Assembly (NCBI GenBank): GCA_964106915.2
Contig: OZ066914.1
Direction: 5' to 3' (one strand)
From: Podarcis gaigeae
Taxonomy: Eukaryota
DNA: 64,000 bases
The stretch's first letter is position 1; each line of letters opens with the position of its first letter. Below, one piece after another: positions 12,701 to 26,714 of the stretch. The translations under genes were made by a program, and so were the position numbers. Below the pieces are notes generated by a model. That model was given only the letters and a program-made list of their open reading frames with translations, was not told where the DNA came from and did no database searches.

Positions 12701-13600
12701 TTAGTAGAAAAGAGATTTAAACATCAAAGAGCTAATGAAATAGTTTATTTTTACATTGTGTCTTATGATTGAAAGAGTAATAGGGCCTACAAGGAACTGC
12801 TTTTATCAATAAAATACACCTTTGCCAAGAGGAAATAGTCTTTAGTACTGTTTGATGGTTTTATCACAGAAAGCAATAGTAACAGATACAGTTGCCTCCT
12901 AGCATTTTTATCAGTTTCGAAAATGTTGGGAGCAGGAATGGCCCTTCTAATCTCCTGCTACTATGATGGTGCAAAATAAGGTGTTAGAGATAATCTTGTT
13001 AATGATATTCCAGGTTTTAGGAACAACTTTTGTTTATATACTGTAATTTAAATAAATTGCATTTACATGCCTAGTTTCTGTAATATTTGTGTATACAATA
13101 CCAAAATCACACAAGATGTAAATTGTGTATAACTGCACAGACTCTATTCCCTGGGTGTCTGGGAACATTTTAAGTTTTAATTCATATATTATAAAATGAC
13201 TATATGTGACTGTTGATTTACAGAATTTACATATCACAAAAGCTAACTATTTGTGGTACCTAAGTTAATAAAAGTAATTTTCTGATTCTGAGTTCCTTTA
13301 CAAACAAGCATTACCCAGTTGATCTGGCAATGACTCTGTGTATGAGCCTCTAATACTGATAATTTTTCCATTACATTTATTTTATTTTCTAGATAGTAAT
13401 GTTTCTCGCTATAGTTTGTGTAACAACTTGTGTTCATGTTATCTTTGTTGCTGTAATTTTTGTGCTTTAATTCCTCTTATTTCAAATTGATGACAACAAA
13501 TTCAAGCTCCTGTAACTTGCACTTTCCCTAATCCTTACTACTCATGTATGGCAACCAAAATTACTGTAAGAAATAAATATAATATTGCACTAAGGTTGTG
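9719..13600 (+). other. SHANK2: SHANK2 3' UTR (about 3.9 kb, end approximate)
   Basis: AT-rich stretch after the stop with no recognised interspersed repeats. AATAAA at 13572-13577 is followed by GT/T-rich sequence. Several miRNA seed matches are present. Confidence 0.6.
13572..13577 (+). terminator. Putative SHANK2 polyadenylation signal AATAAA
   Basis: TGTA motifs upstream, AATAAA, then GTTGTGGTT and TCTTTTGTTTTTG downstream. Confidence 0.5.
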
Positions 13601-14576
13601 GTTCTGATTACAAACAGTAAGAACAGTCTGAATCTTTTGTTTTTGAAAAGAGTTGCCAAAACTTGCTGTTTAATATTTCTTTTTTTAAAAACTGTTCCAG
13701 TTACCTTTAATTTAGCTCCCACAAGATATCTGACTACTTATTATTATTGTGGAGTCCAAATCCGAATTTCAGATGAGAAATGTGTGTTGTAGAAATATGA
13801 GAGAACACACGTTTGTGTGAGGGTGATTTGAGTTCTTGCTTTGATGGATGTTTTAGCAATCTTTTTTCTCCCCTGATTGTAGTGATTTCAGTGTTCTGAG
13901 CTTCCCAAAGGACAATTAGTTGTCATTTCAGATGTTAAATCGTTATAGTTTAGTGAAAGGCCCCCATGTTAAGGCACTTTACGAAAGAGACGCAAGGGCT
14001 GTGACTCAAAGGTTCTCACGTTCCTCACTGGGCTGCAAATAAGTAGCAGCGCCATTGCACAGAAGGCCCACCTCTGCTCTTCCCTCTCAGCGTGCTGACC
14101 GTGTGGAGGAGGAAGGGACTGCCTGCCCTATTGGACAAGAGATTTAACAGCAGACCATTTTGACGCCTTTATTCCAAGCATATCTCCTTTACCGTTTGCC
14201 TGATCCTCTTTAAAAGCCATTCAAGTTGGTGGCTGTCGCAGCCTCCTGCGCGAGAGTATTCCAAAGTTTAACTGTGTGCTGCATGAAGGCATTTTACTAA
14301 ATGTGAAGCTAAATGAAGGTCTTTCCTGCTCCCCTTTTGTTCAGCAACCGTTTGCATATAGAGAATTATAGTCAGAAAGGGGAATCGAGAAACAGAAGCT
14401 TATTTCCTAACGCAGTTCAGGTGTAAGTGCGTTATGCTTCCATCACTCGTATTCTGCAATTGGAGTTCATCAATTCCTATGGAAGGATTGCATTTCCCTT
14501 ATCATGGGAAGAATGTTGAATATTCTAAGCTTTCTGTTTCTTCATTTGATTCCCCCCACCTTTTTTCCCTTTAAGT

Positions 14577-14716
14577 CAGATGTGGGGAACCTGAGGCCCC
14601 CCAAAAGATGCTGAACGCCAGTTTTCATCATCCTTGACCGTGGCCCATGCAAGGTGGGGCTGGTGGAAGTTTGAGGACAAAAACACTTGGGAGGCCACAG
14701 GTTTTGCTGTCCTTGG
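14577..14716. mobile_element. Short palindromic squamate MITE; related copies at about 2465-2550, 50111-50250, 54340-54440, 55876-56120
   Basis: Shared core of the type GGACTACA.CTCCCATC...GGGAGTTGTAGT, seen in degenerate form several times in the window. Confidence 0.6.
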
Positions 14717-17700
14717 TTTAAATTCTGAAGATTCATGGAAGAAAATGCCTTAATGCAGTTATGAAATTTATGTTCCATAATAGATGGGATTTGGCTTTGT
14801 TTAGAGGTTTAGTTTTCTCCCATGCATGGGTTTCTGGTCTATGTCCATTGTGTCTGATATTCAAAGGATTCTGTAGCTTTGTTTTCTTCAGTGTTTAATT
14901 GTATTCAGTTATTCTAACTGCCAAGATACATGGATATCTTGATCTAGCTATAGATACGGTTATACCTGCAAACATTATTATTTTGTAATAATAATAATAA
15001 AACTAGCCTCGCACCATGCTATGGAATTACTAGTGCTGGGTATAGTTCCAGGTAGTAATTTACACATCTTTGTTAAAGCTTTTTCATTCAGGAAACTGGT
15101 TAATTTCAAACATATTGCATTGGCCACCTTACAGCACAGAGTGAAGACTTGCATCAACAGGATAATACTCAAGAACAGTACCAGCACTGACCATGAGTTG
15201 TATACTGAAATTGTACATCAGAACGCAGTAAATACAAGGATGAAGTGCGGGCCTCGGACACTTTGAACCTGACTTGTACAAATCATGTTACAAACTGTTG
15301 ATCTTTTGATGAGAAATACCATTTCAACATCCATGTATTGTAGTTACAGTGCCTTGTATTCTGGATCAAGAAGTCCATCAGTGCACAGCTTAACAAAAAA
15401 TTAAATTGCTAAATGTTGGGGGGGGGGATCAAAACATTATTTTGCAGCCCTCTCTAATAAAGCTGTGACTTGATGAGTCACCAAAATGAAATAAAAAATT
15501 CAAATAAAATTGTGTTTCAGTTGTTTCCCAATAACAAATATGTACAACATCTGTTCAGTACGTAGGGATATAATTTCTGTACTTTTATGCAGATCTTAAT
15601 TTAACAGTGTACACGTCGCTGTTACGTATCAAACTCAAGCTCTTTACAGATAGATACGCTGACTCCTAGTGGCAATTGTTTGACAAGTCAGGGAACAATT
15701 TATATAAAGTTTTCAAACAATAAATTATAAAGGAATCTGGTTTTTTAAAAGTAAAAAACACATTTATTTTACTAACCTATTATTTGAACATATATATTTT
15801 AAAATTCTGTATTTTAATATAGAATTGAAGTAGGTTTGGAGAATAGTGCCCTAAAAGGCAACAGGTGCATCTTTTAAATAAATATATTTACAAGTTACAG
15901 AGCTATCGAAAAGGGGGGAGAATTAAAGGCAGCCAAATCACCCAGGCAAAAGCCCAGGTGAGCTTGTGGCAACAGAGCAGAAGGTAGGTCCACATTTTGT
16001 CTTTTTTCCTTCCATCAGCTTTGTGGTTTCCATGTTGTTGTTTATAGTTTTTGTATTGCTCCCAATGGGAAAGGAAGTAAACCTGTTCCAGGGAAACTCT
16101 CTTCTGGGGGTCTGCTTGGGAGAAGGAAGGAGCTTTGGAAGGAGCAGATTAAAAGCCTTCCCTTACCCACTCCAGTAATGCATTCATTTTGCCCTCTCCA
16201 TTGTCAGCGTACTAGTAATGGTGGAGGGACAATTGCAAGAGCTGGAGGATATGTCTGGGGCAAGCCTGCTCAACTCAGGGCTTTCCATCCACGGAGGGAG
16301 AAATCCACAGTGTCCTATGGCCCCATGGGATGCTGTCCCAGAGACTAAGTTTGCAATTTAACTCTAATTGGTTTCAGTGGTAAGGTCCCAGCATGTGATT
16401 AAGAATCTCCTATTTAAATAAGTAGATGTGACATATTTAGAGCAAAATGCAGTTGGGAGCCTACTGATTTGGGTATATTTTTTTAAGAAAACAAGCTATG
16501 CATAGGAGTGTGTGTGTGTGTGTGTGTGTGACATTTCCTGTTTTATGTTGTGAAAGAGAAGGGATGCAAGTCTCATTTAATTTTTACGTGTGTGTTTTTT
16601 ATGTCAGTCTCCATTGTAGCAAGTTGGTATGCAGTAGGAAGGCCATTTTGTTTGTGGAAACATAATTTTCCAGAAGGTTGCTTAGGAGCATTATGGTGGA
16701 TGGATTTTTTAGTTGGTAATGGGGAATACTCAGTGGGATCTAGGTACTGCTTTGGGTAATTATGCAAGGGGCTTGTAATACGCTAGCCCAATGTTTGATA
16801 CTTTACTTTGAAGGGAGTTTCAAAACCAGCTTGCTATAGAACATGGGTGCATAGCAAACTGATTTTGAAACAGCTTGAGAGTCTATGGTTCAAAGCAAAA
16901 TAGCCTTTAAAAACTTCTGAGCAGCGTCATTGTTGTTTGTCAGATAAAGAATGTAGAGAAGGTGGCTTGGCTTAGGTAAGAATGTGTATGTTTATAACAC
17001 TCCACATACCCACTTCCACAGGATCAGATCCATTAATCCAGTATTCCATTTCAGATGCCATGCTTTCTTTAGGTTTGAAATGCTAGGAATATTTTCAGCA
17101 CTCCCAACCTATGTATGCACTTGATACCTTGCCCCTTTTCAATGGAGGGGGGAACATAGGAAAAAAGGGGATCTTCTTCTGGTGGTGAGCAGAACATGTT
17201 GCTTTCCCCTAAAGATTGAGAAAGAATGGATGAGGAAAAAACTAATGAGATTCTTAGTGGCGACCCTCGTGGTCATTTTGATTTATTTATTTCATTTATT
17301 GTATCCTGCCTTTCTTCCAAGAAGCTCAAGGTAGTAGACATTTTCTCTCCTCTCCACAGGAGAGAAACATTGTGAGAATATTGAGAAATATTCACAAATA
17401 TTGTGAGGTTGCTTAGGCTGAGAGTACAACTGACCCAAGGTACTGACCCAGGGGTGGTGGTGGTTGTTTTGCTTTGTTTTTGTTGTTTTGACTAGGACAT
17501 TATACTTAGTATCACTTATATTTTATAATATAGAATCATAATAAACACCAATGGAATATTAGTTTAAATTTAAACAATAAGTCAAATGTGTACATAACAT
17601 GTATTTGAACATGCAGTTCCTTTTCCACTGAACAGTTACAGTTAGAGCAAACTGCCTCAAGGAGCACACAGCCCTATCTGGAACAGCTCGTTTCCATATA

Positions 17701-17776
17701 TCTGTAACGTTGGGATATGATTATGCTGCAAAGTCTGTTTCTTTCTGCTTGTGTGTATTTTATAGGTGTGCATAGC

Positions 17777-18087
17777 CAGGGTTCAGCAAACTTTTTCAGC
17801 AGGGCACTGGTCCACTGTCCCTCCGACCTTGTGGGGGGCCGGACTATATTTTTTTCGGGGGGGGGGGAAATGAACGAATTCCCAAGCCCCACAAATACCC
17901 CCCAGAGGCATGCATTAAGGCACACATTCTACGCATGTAAAAACAGCAGGCCCCACAAATAACCCAGAGGTGCATTTTAAATAAAAGGACACATTCTACT
18001 CATGTAAAAACATGCTGATTCGCAAGCTGGATTTAGAAGGCGATTGGGCTGGATCTTTTCCCCCGGGCCTTAGTTTGCCTACCCATG
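17777..18087. mobile_element. hAT-type MITE with internal ~65-bp tandem duplication
   Basis: TIRs CAGGGTTCAGCAAACT / AGTTTGCCTACCCATG; flanks share CATAGC; duplicated unit CCCCACAAATA...CACATTCTAC.CATGTAAAAACA. Confidence 0.8.
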
Positions 18088-19199
18088 ACATAGCCTATAT
18101 TTATTTGCATGTGTAAGCACATTTGCTCTCCTGCATCTCACGCATTAGACTAGCAGGAGCAGAAACAATGTTCCAGAATTGTGATTCCCAAATAAGCACC
18201 ACTGCAGTACATAATTTTACATATAATCAAACTAACCCTATGCAGATTTAGATGTGCCCAAGCCTCCTGAAATTAAATGCCTGCACAGAACCAGGCAAAA
18301 GTATTCAACTTTTTATAAAAACATCAACAAAATGAATTGTAACTAATGCTAGAAGCAATAGCTAAAGAGGCCACAATCCATTAGTGAGAATTTGACTGAC
18401 AATGGGACGGATGAGCCAATCGCTACAGCAATTTGTTCTATCAAAGTACAAATTGTAGGGGAAAGTGGAAGAAAGTCTATGAAGTGCCATCCTTGTACTT
18501 TCTAGGAACCACTGGTCTGAGCATTTCAAAACACACCTGAAAAGGTGCTGGGCTATTTTTATTCTGCTCTAATTATACAAGGAGATTGGACTGGAACCCA
18601 TTACACTGTAATTTACAATGAGTTCCCCTCACTTATCCCATTCATGAACAAAATTAATCTGAGCTGTAAGCCTGACAGTTTGTTGGTGTTCTGGGTAGCC
18701 AATGAGCCTGCCCTGCAAGTTTACAAGGCTTCCAGTTACCTGAGAAAGGTTTGGCAGCACACCAAACCACAGGGAATGTAGCAACACCAGCTGCTCCCCC
18801 AGCAGCCATGCCAGTTGTTTGTTTATTTGCTACACCGATATCCTGTCTTTCCTCCAGAGAGCTCAAGGCTGCATACACGGTTCTCCCTCATCCATTGTAT
18901 CCTCAAACAAACAAACAAAACAAAAACCACCACAGTGAGGTAGGATAGATGAGACACAGCAGCTCAGGGAAGGATGCACCATGGGAGAATGCCTTCCCAC
19001 AGCTGTATATGGACAAAAAGAGCTGCACAACCAACCCTGCTGCTTTGAAACATGTGTTTTGCTTGCAGGAGAACCCAGGTGCAAAGCCTGGCTAAGATTT
19101 CCCACTAAGAAAAGGCTGGGAGGTGCTAGAGCACAGGGACCACTGATGGCCTGGTTCTCATATCCCCCGGGTTGGCTTTTAAGCATCATTCTAGCTACC

Positions 19200-19480
19200 G
19201 TACTTGCCTTGATGCCTGTGTCCTGCTCCCACTACCAGAGGCGATAGGCCTCTAAATATGAATTGCTAGGAATTACAACTGGGGAGAATGCTGCTGGGCG
19301 TGGTCTTCTGGTTGGCTGCTGGAAGAGCAGGAAGCTTGATTAGATGGGCCTTTGGCCTGATGTAGCAGAGCTCTTATGTTCTTATATAGTTTCTGTCCTA
19401 TGTTTCCTGCACTGCAGGAAGTTAGACAAGATGACCCTCAAGGTCCCTTCCAACTCTGCATTTCTATGATTCTGTGATGC
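19200..19480 (+). mobile_element. CR1-type 3'-end fragments (two adjacent)
   Basis: TAGATGGGCCTTTGGCCTGAT...CTTATGTTCTTAT tail, then GGTCCCTTCCAACTCT...TTCTATGATTCTGTG tail. Confidence 0.65.
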
Positions 19481-22093
19481 TATCCAGCCACACCTTTCCT
19501 TTCTGATTTGCCTGGACCTACTGGTCGTTGCCCAAACACTGCTGCCCACATTCCCCTTCCACCTCATGCTATCAGACTACATCATTCTGCACAGGAGTAG
19601 TAACAGATTTGTGAAATGTCAAGAGCCTTCTCCCCTACCCTTTTATTTGTGGGGTGTGTTGGCCATGCAGCCCTTTGGCAATCCATCAGCAGAGTCTCTG
19701 GCTGTTGCACATCCAAAATACTCCATCCCTGGAGACTTAGAGCAGATCCTAAAGCCCTCCAGACCATGCAACGGAAGCATTGGATTGCACTATAATTCAC
19801 TTGTCATATTAAATCATCTTAAACCATCTGCTGAGAAGTCACTGGTCACGTAGCTGTTGATTTAGACAATTCAAAAGCACTTTAACCAATTTTCATCCAT
19901 CAGTGCTGTTTATAAATTATTTACTCAACTGGTTAAAAGCATAACTGAAATCCGCTAATCATTTGCTATCATTGATTTTAAAAGAGGCCAACATAATCAC
20001 ATTATGGAAGCTCATGTTTCTGCTTGGAAAGGTAGTGGTGCCAACTATGGACTTCCCTTCTCTTCTGCTAGCCCTGTTTACACTGTTGATTAGTAACTTT
20101 CATGTTAAAATCCAGTTTGCTTAATGTGTCTATTTATTGAATTAGTTGAGTTTTTCTGAGTGAAACAAAATGGCTTTGAATATGAGCCTGCTTTAACAGG
20201 GAGTAATTACTTCTATCCACTGAAACAGAAACATCTAAAGCAGAAATGGTTGGCTTGGGAAACATTAGTTGCAGCCCAGTCTCCTGCTGACCAGCCTCAA
20301 GGGTTTCGCTTTTGAAATCTGAAATTTCTTATTTTTCCTGGAGGGAAAAGGAAGACTGCAAGGGAAAGAAAAGAATGGAGGAGCAAGATGTGCAAACCCA
20401 CCACTGAGGTAGGTGCAAGCAGTCTCCAAACCATGATTCCTTTCTCCCCAGTTCCAAACCACATTTGAAAATTAAACACATTGGGTAATGGATTCCCCAA
20501 CCCCCACCCCTTAACAATTCTCCTCAGCCTCAAGGCTTTATATAAAATAAATTGGATGCAAGAACATTCTTCACCATCCCCTTAAATCTTGCCATCTGTG
20601 CAAGCTAAAAATAAAGTAGCAGCTTAAAGAGGGGCTTTATAAAATGCAGCACAGAAATGCCTTAAGATTGGCTGGACTCTCTCAAGAAAAAAAATTATGC
20701 TAGGTTACTCCCAGTGTTGAGCACCACAGCCAAGATTGCGCTCTGTTTTTCTCCACAGGCTATTGAAACCTTCAGAATTTTATTCTGTTAATGTGTAAAG
20801 GAGGGTGGGTCAGACCGAGTTAGTGGTTGTACTGGAAGAACACAAACAGCAGAGGGAGTTGTATTCACTCTTAACATACAATGTAACAAAAACCTTTCCC
20901 CCAGGGAGTCTTTATTTTATTGGCAGTGCTAGCAAATAAAAGCAAGTTTGTGTTGAAACAGTTAAAAATTCCAGGGTCTTTACTAGTGAAGCCACATTTT
21001 TGGGATCTCAGCCTGCTACAATATGAGATTTATGTCTTCATAGCACTTTCTTCTATCAGCTAGGTTTTACAGGGTCTGGCTGTTTTCACTGACTATCCTT
21101 TCAAGTTTCAGGCTTCTGCAATCTTCAGAAGATACTATGTGTTTGTACATTTTAAAGGTAAGAAGAGGAACCTGTAATTGTAAAGATGCCTATCCTCAAA
21201 AATACCACCATCATGTCCCAAGAGATCATAATTACAGCCGTTCCTTTTCTACAGCAAACTCACTAGCTGGAATGCTGGCTAGGGCAAAAGTAACTCGTTA
21301 GGGGCCCATCCTGTTTGCCGCAAAAACTGCTCTCAGCCATGGCTGCTTTGAAGCAGAGAGTAGGAGCCAGAGCTTGAAAAGGTGACTTTGCATGTTAAAT
21401 GTGTTGTTCTTGGCTTTAAAAAGCTTCCTATCCAGGCAGAACTATGACAGACGCAACAAGGGAGCATTGTATGTAATGGGTTTATTCTGCACAGCAGCTG
21501 CCGCCAACTATCAGTAATACACCACAGACTTTCAAAAAATAGAGCAAGCTTTTTCAATACAATAATCAGAGGACACAAACACAATCATGTTGTTGGTGGG
21601 TGATTCATATTGATTAAGCTGTCTGTAAGCTACCCCGCTGGTTTCCAAATTATTTATTTTCTCTCTTTCTCCCCCTCCTATCATTAAATCTGACAGAGAT
21701 GAGGAATTCTCCCAAATAGGCAAAATGGACCCCAGGTTTTTCACAGAAGCAACCTAGGAAGCTTCATCAGGTAGAATAAATGTATTTACAGCTATACTGC
21801 CTTCATCCACCCCACAAAAAAGTATATACCTTTAAAATATATTTACACAGGGGGTCTTGAAAATGACTTGACTTTAAGCCAAGCACAAATCCTCCATATA
21901 TACCAGTTGTGAACCATTTCATAAATTACATAACATGAATGTGTGTGTGTGTGTGTGTGTGTCCTAGTCGTATCATCAAGTCCATCAATCCTAGCCCCCT
22001 GACAAGTGTACCAAAGTTATAGCTTGGAGGGGGTATCACACCAACTGGTCAGTTTGTTCAGCCCTTGAGGGCTCTAGGGCCTGCTTCTCCATT

Positions 22094-22474
22094 TAGGTAA
22101 GGTAAAGGTAAAGGACGGTCAAGTCCAGTCAAAGGCGACCATGGGGTTGTGACGATCATCTCGCTTTCAGGCCAAGGGAGCTGGCGTTTGTCCACAGACA
22201 GCTTTCTGGGTCATGTGGCCAGCATGAGTAAACCACTTCTAGTGCCATAGAATACCGTGATGGAAACCAGAGCACATGGAAATGCAGTTTACCTTCCCGC
22301 TGCAGCGGTACCTACTTATCTACTTACACTTGTGTGCTTTTGAACTGCTAGGTTGGCAGAAGCTGGGACAGAGCAATGGGCGCTCACTCCGTCGCGTGGA
22401 TGCAAACTGCCGACCTGCCGATCAGCAAGACCAAGAGGCTCAGTGGTTTAGACCACAGTCCCCTTCACCGTCCC
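22094..22474 (-). mobile_element. Sauria SINE (Squam1)
   Basis: (ACCTTT)n tail read as GGTAAAGGTAAAGG on +; diagnostic GGTACCTA.TTATCTACTT and GAACTGCTAGGTTGGCAG; head ends GTCCC. Confidence 0.92.
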
Positions 22475-22899
22475 CATGTCTACACCAAGGCCACTTGCCA
22501 TCTGAAAAAGCTCTGCTGGATAACACTGAGTCCTTTGATGTATTAGCTACACATTTTACAGAGAAAGCAGCTCATATCCAGGCCAATTTAGTTGCCCTAG
22601 TGAATACAGAGCTAGAGATGGGTGGAATTACCACATTGATTATGCTGTACCCAAGGATGCAGACAATGTGCTCAAAGGTGTAAGGGTCTGCTTTGTGCTC
22701 CTTTGACCTTAGAGTCCTTCCTGGATGGTGAAATCTGCTAGAATTGGGCTGTCCATGTGGCTTACCAATGGTTGTGGATGCCTCATTGAGAGTTGGAGTG
22801 ACCAAGGCTTTCTCACATACTCTGAGAGAGTTTTGTGTGTTTTTTTAAAACTAGCTCAGTATGTGATAAAGCCCTTTAAAACACACACAAAAACAGGCT

Positions 22900-24543
22900 C
22901 TGCAGATGGTTCCAAAATTTTATTTGAATATTTAATTTACAAAAAAGGAAAAAAGGAATAATGTACCCTATGAGGTGTCCTATGCAAAACTTGGTAAGAT
23001 TAACTGCATATAAAATCTGGCCCAACCCAATGTAATACTATTAATGCAATCAGGAGACAAATAGAAACCAGTGGGAAAGGAAACATCAGGTAAAAGCGAC
23101 ATTCTTCTTAAAGATTGTCCCAACTAGTTAATTCCACCACCACCCTCACGATCCCACCCCCGAGGCCGCCTTCCTAGATACACTGTACACTGCCATTTTA
23201 CATAAATATTGTTTTAATATTCCACTGGGCTTACTTACGAGACTTTTTCACTTTTTCTTGCTCAATCCGTTCCTCCCTGAATTCCTCCAGTCAAGTAGAA
23301 ATGGACAGGACACACACACTGAACACGTCTTTGGTAGGGATGCTCATGTGATCAAAATTAGTGACTAACCCAATATTTGACTTGTCCCATTGAAGTAGTA
23401 GCAAGAACTTCAGTTTAACATTTGGCAAGAGGCAGACACACTTTTACTGATTTGTGTTACTGGCAGTTTCAGCTGAACTTATAAAAAAGGTGGTAGTTTT
23501 CTACACATTGCTTAGTAGAGATTATCTGCAAGGTTTTAAGCTCCTCTTATTAACATTCCTTGAGTGAAATAAGGTTGCATAACCAGCTTACCACACAGCC
23601 GGCCTTCTCCCACTTCCAAATCATAAAAATCCAGTATGTATGTACACACCTATTGCCTCATTTTAACCTTCAAGGCAGCAGTGTTATGAACTGCATGCAG
23701 TAGATGGGTGTTATTTGCAAGACAATGACAACGGTCACTTCTTGGCAAGTCTCTCTGGACCAAAAAAATCTCACAGTGTTCTGGGCACAGGGAGAAGAAG
23801 AAAAGCAGGGTTTTCTTTTGCCAATATATTGGGAGGCTTCCACTGGAGGAGAACACAAGACAACAAATGCTTATGGCAATGGCATCAACCCTCTTTTGGA
23901 CTGAATGAATGGTGGCTGCACAAGGGAACTTTCCACTGGATTGCAGTCCTCAAGAAAATATTTTTTAAAAATGTATCTGCACTGGATCCTTCCTATTATC
24001 AATGTAAAAAGGTTTTTCCTATGGAGTAATTGCCATCAACTGCAACTCCTCTCAGGTCCTCCTGCTATGTTCCCTATATATGGAAATATGATATATAAAC
24101 TTGCACGGCTGAGCTCTGGGAAGCTGACAATGAGTAGCTGAGAGTACGGTGAGAGTACTAGAGCAGCTGGACATAATTACTTGGGAATTCAGCACACAAA
24201 CAGCTACAAAATGAGACATGCAGTTGCCATCAGAAAGAGCTAAAAATGCCTTGGAAATTGTCGGGAACACCATCACCAATTTGGCCAAAAGGAAAAGCCC
24301 CCATTTTCAAACCGCATTAGAAACCTATGACAACAGGCTGAAGTGGGGAACGCGAGAGTTACAATATATTAAGCGATTTCTGAGCCCATAAACATTTGTA
24401 AAAGCATCGGCAAAATATCTTAAATATAAAAGGAATATGTATAGACCCCCTCCATCCTCCGGAAGAAAAAGAACATGATTTGTAGTGTAATAAATCAGAT
24501 GAATGATCACGGTATTAAGGCATAAATGGTAGGACATTATTTC
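22900..24543 (-). other. CTTN: CTTN 3' UTR (about 1.6 kb) with AATAAA at 22919-22924
   Basis: Sequence after the stop with no recognised repeats; minus-strand AATAAA (plus TTTATT at 22919-22924) followed by TG/T-rich downstream sequence. Confidence 0.65.
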
Positions 24544-24680
24544 CTATTGCCTCAGCTCGACATAATTAGCTGGGAAGAGCCCGTATCTGCCTTTGCACAC
24601 TCCCCTCCACCAGCCATCATCGATCATTTCAATGTTTGTGATGATGTCGTCAGGATCAAAGGAAATTTCATCATCCCCAG
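24544..24680 (-). CDS. CTTN: CTTN last coding exon [45 protein letters not shown] (SH3)
   Basis: Acceptor CTTTCCACAG; TAG stop at 24544-24546. Confidence 0.97.
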
Positions 24681-26677
24681 CTGTGGAAAGAGCAGAAGCA
24701 ACTCTCCAGTTAGTATCTCATACAGATATAAAAGGGGGTGGGGTGGGGGAACGGGTAAGGTACTAAATAATAGTATTTGCAATTAGTTAATCTGTGTTCA
24801 AGCAGGGTTCTCATTGATGGTTATAAAGAGGGAAAGGGTCTTTCGTGTTATACCCAAGACATGGGAACACAACTCTAGATTGCCCGAGATCCCAAACTTC
24901 CATATGAAATACCTTAATTCTATGAGAAACGTGCAATTCTTTTGCCTAGGTGGTATACGAGAACAAGATTGAAACCACTGAAGATTGTTCCTGGCATGTG
25001 TGTGCCAGATCATGCCATCACCAAGGACTACTTCCAGATAGGATACTTGTTTTTTAATGGTCAGGCATGATGAATAAGTGTGTTTGGCCTTCACATGAGA
25101 ACTCTGCCAGACCCTTTGCTGATTTGCTGTGGCACTGGGGTCCTTGTCCTCCAGATCACCTAGCATGGCAATCCTGCAGTGGAATGCTTACCAAAAGGGA
25201 AATCCCTTTGAAGCAGATTGCAAAAGGGAGACTGTTTGGCAAGGATTCTCAGGGGAATATACTCAGCATACTGGAAAGTGAGTAAGGTGAGTGACACAAA
25301 CCTTGCAGAAGAAAGGGTAATCCAAATCCCAAGAGCAAAACAAAAATGCTTACGTAAAATCTTTCATAAAACTGGGAGAGTTACCAGTTATTTTTATCAT
25401 CTACTAACTCCTGCCACAGATGTGGAAATATATTTTTGAACCTAGAGGTGGAGCTAATAACCCTTTCCCCAAAAGACAATGTGGATTCTGCTTTGGAACG
25501 CTATGTGGCCAACTATTTGGTGTAACGAATTACCACAAACTGAAATTCAATGTCTCAATCAGAGTAAGTGATTTAAGCAGAAAATACTTCTCTGCCATAT
25601 AGCAAAGCTGTGAGATGTAGCCTCATCCTACCTTCTTGGCTTCTGAGATACCATTAGGTGTTGCCTACACACCTTTATAATAATAAATAAATAATAATAA
25701 TAATAATTTATTATTTATGCCCCTGCCCATCTGGCTGGGCTTCCCCAGCCACTCTGGGCGGCTTCCAACAAAATATTAATATACTGTAATCCATCAAACA
25801 TTAAAAGCTTCCCTAAACAGGGCTGCCTTCAGATGTCTTCTAAAAGTCTGGTAAGTTGTTGTTCTCTTTGACATCTGGTGGGAGGGTGTTCCACAGGGCG
25901 GGTGCCACTACCGAGAAGGCCCTCTGCCTGGTTCCCTGTAACTTGGCTTCTCGCAGTGAGGGAACCGCCAGAAGGCCCTTGGCGCTGGACCTCAGTGTCC
26001 AGGTAGAAAGATGGGGGTGGAGACGCTCCTTCAGATATACTGGACCGAGGCCATTTAGGGCTTTAAAGGTAAGCATCAACACTTTGAATTGTGCTCGGAA
26101 ACGTACTGGGAGCCAATGTAGGTCTTTCAAGACTGGTGTTATATGGTCTCAGCGGCCGCTCCCAGTCAGTCTAGTTACCACATTCTGGATTAGTTGTAGT
26201 TTCTGGGTCACTTTCAAAGGTAGCCCCACATAGAGCACATTGCAGTAGTCCAAGCGAGAGATAACCAGAGCATGCACCACTCTGGCGAGACAGTATGCGG
26301 GCAGGTAGGGTCTCGGCCTGCGTACCAGATGGAGCTGGTAAACAGCTGCCCTGAACACAGAATTGACCTCCACCTCCGTGGGCAGCTGTGAGTCCAAAAT
26401 GACTCCCAGTCTGTACACCTGGTCCTTCAGGGGCACAGTTACCCCATTCAGGACCAGGGAGTCCTCCACACCCACCTGCCTCCTGTCCCCCAAAAACAGT
26501 ACTTCTGTCTTGTCTTTAAAGCAGGTGCAAGGGTTAGAAACTTAGTCAATATTCTCACCTACTGAATTTCGCACCCACCATTCCTATGCTTGTGCACTGT
26601 GTTCAGAAAACTGCAAAATTTATGACACAGCTCTGAAAATGTTCTGCATTGTATGAGATAGTGCTTTTTGAAGAACA

Positions 26678-26714
<37 letters not shown>

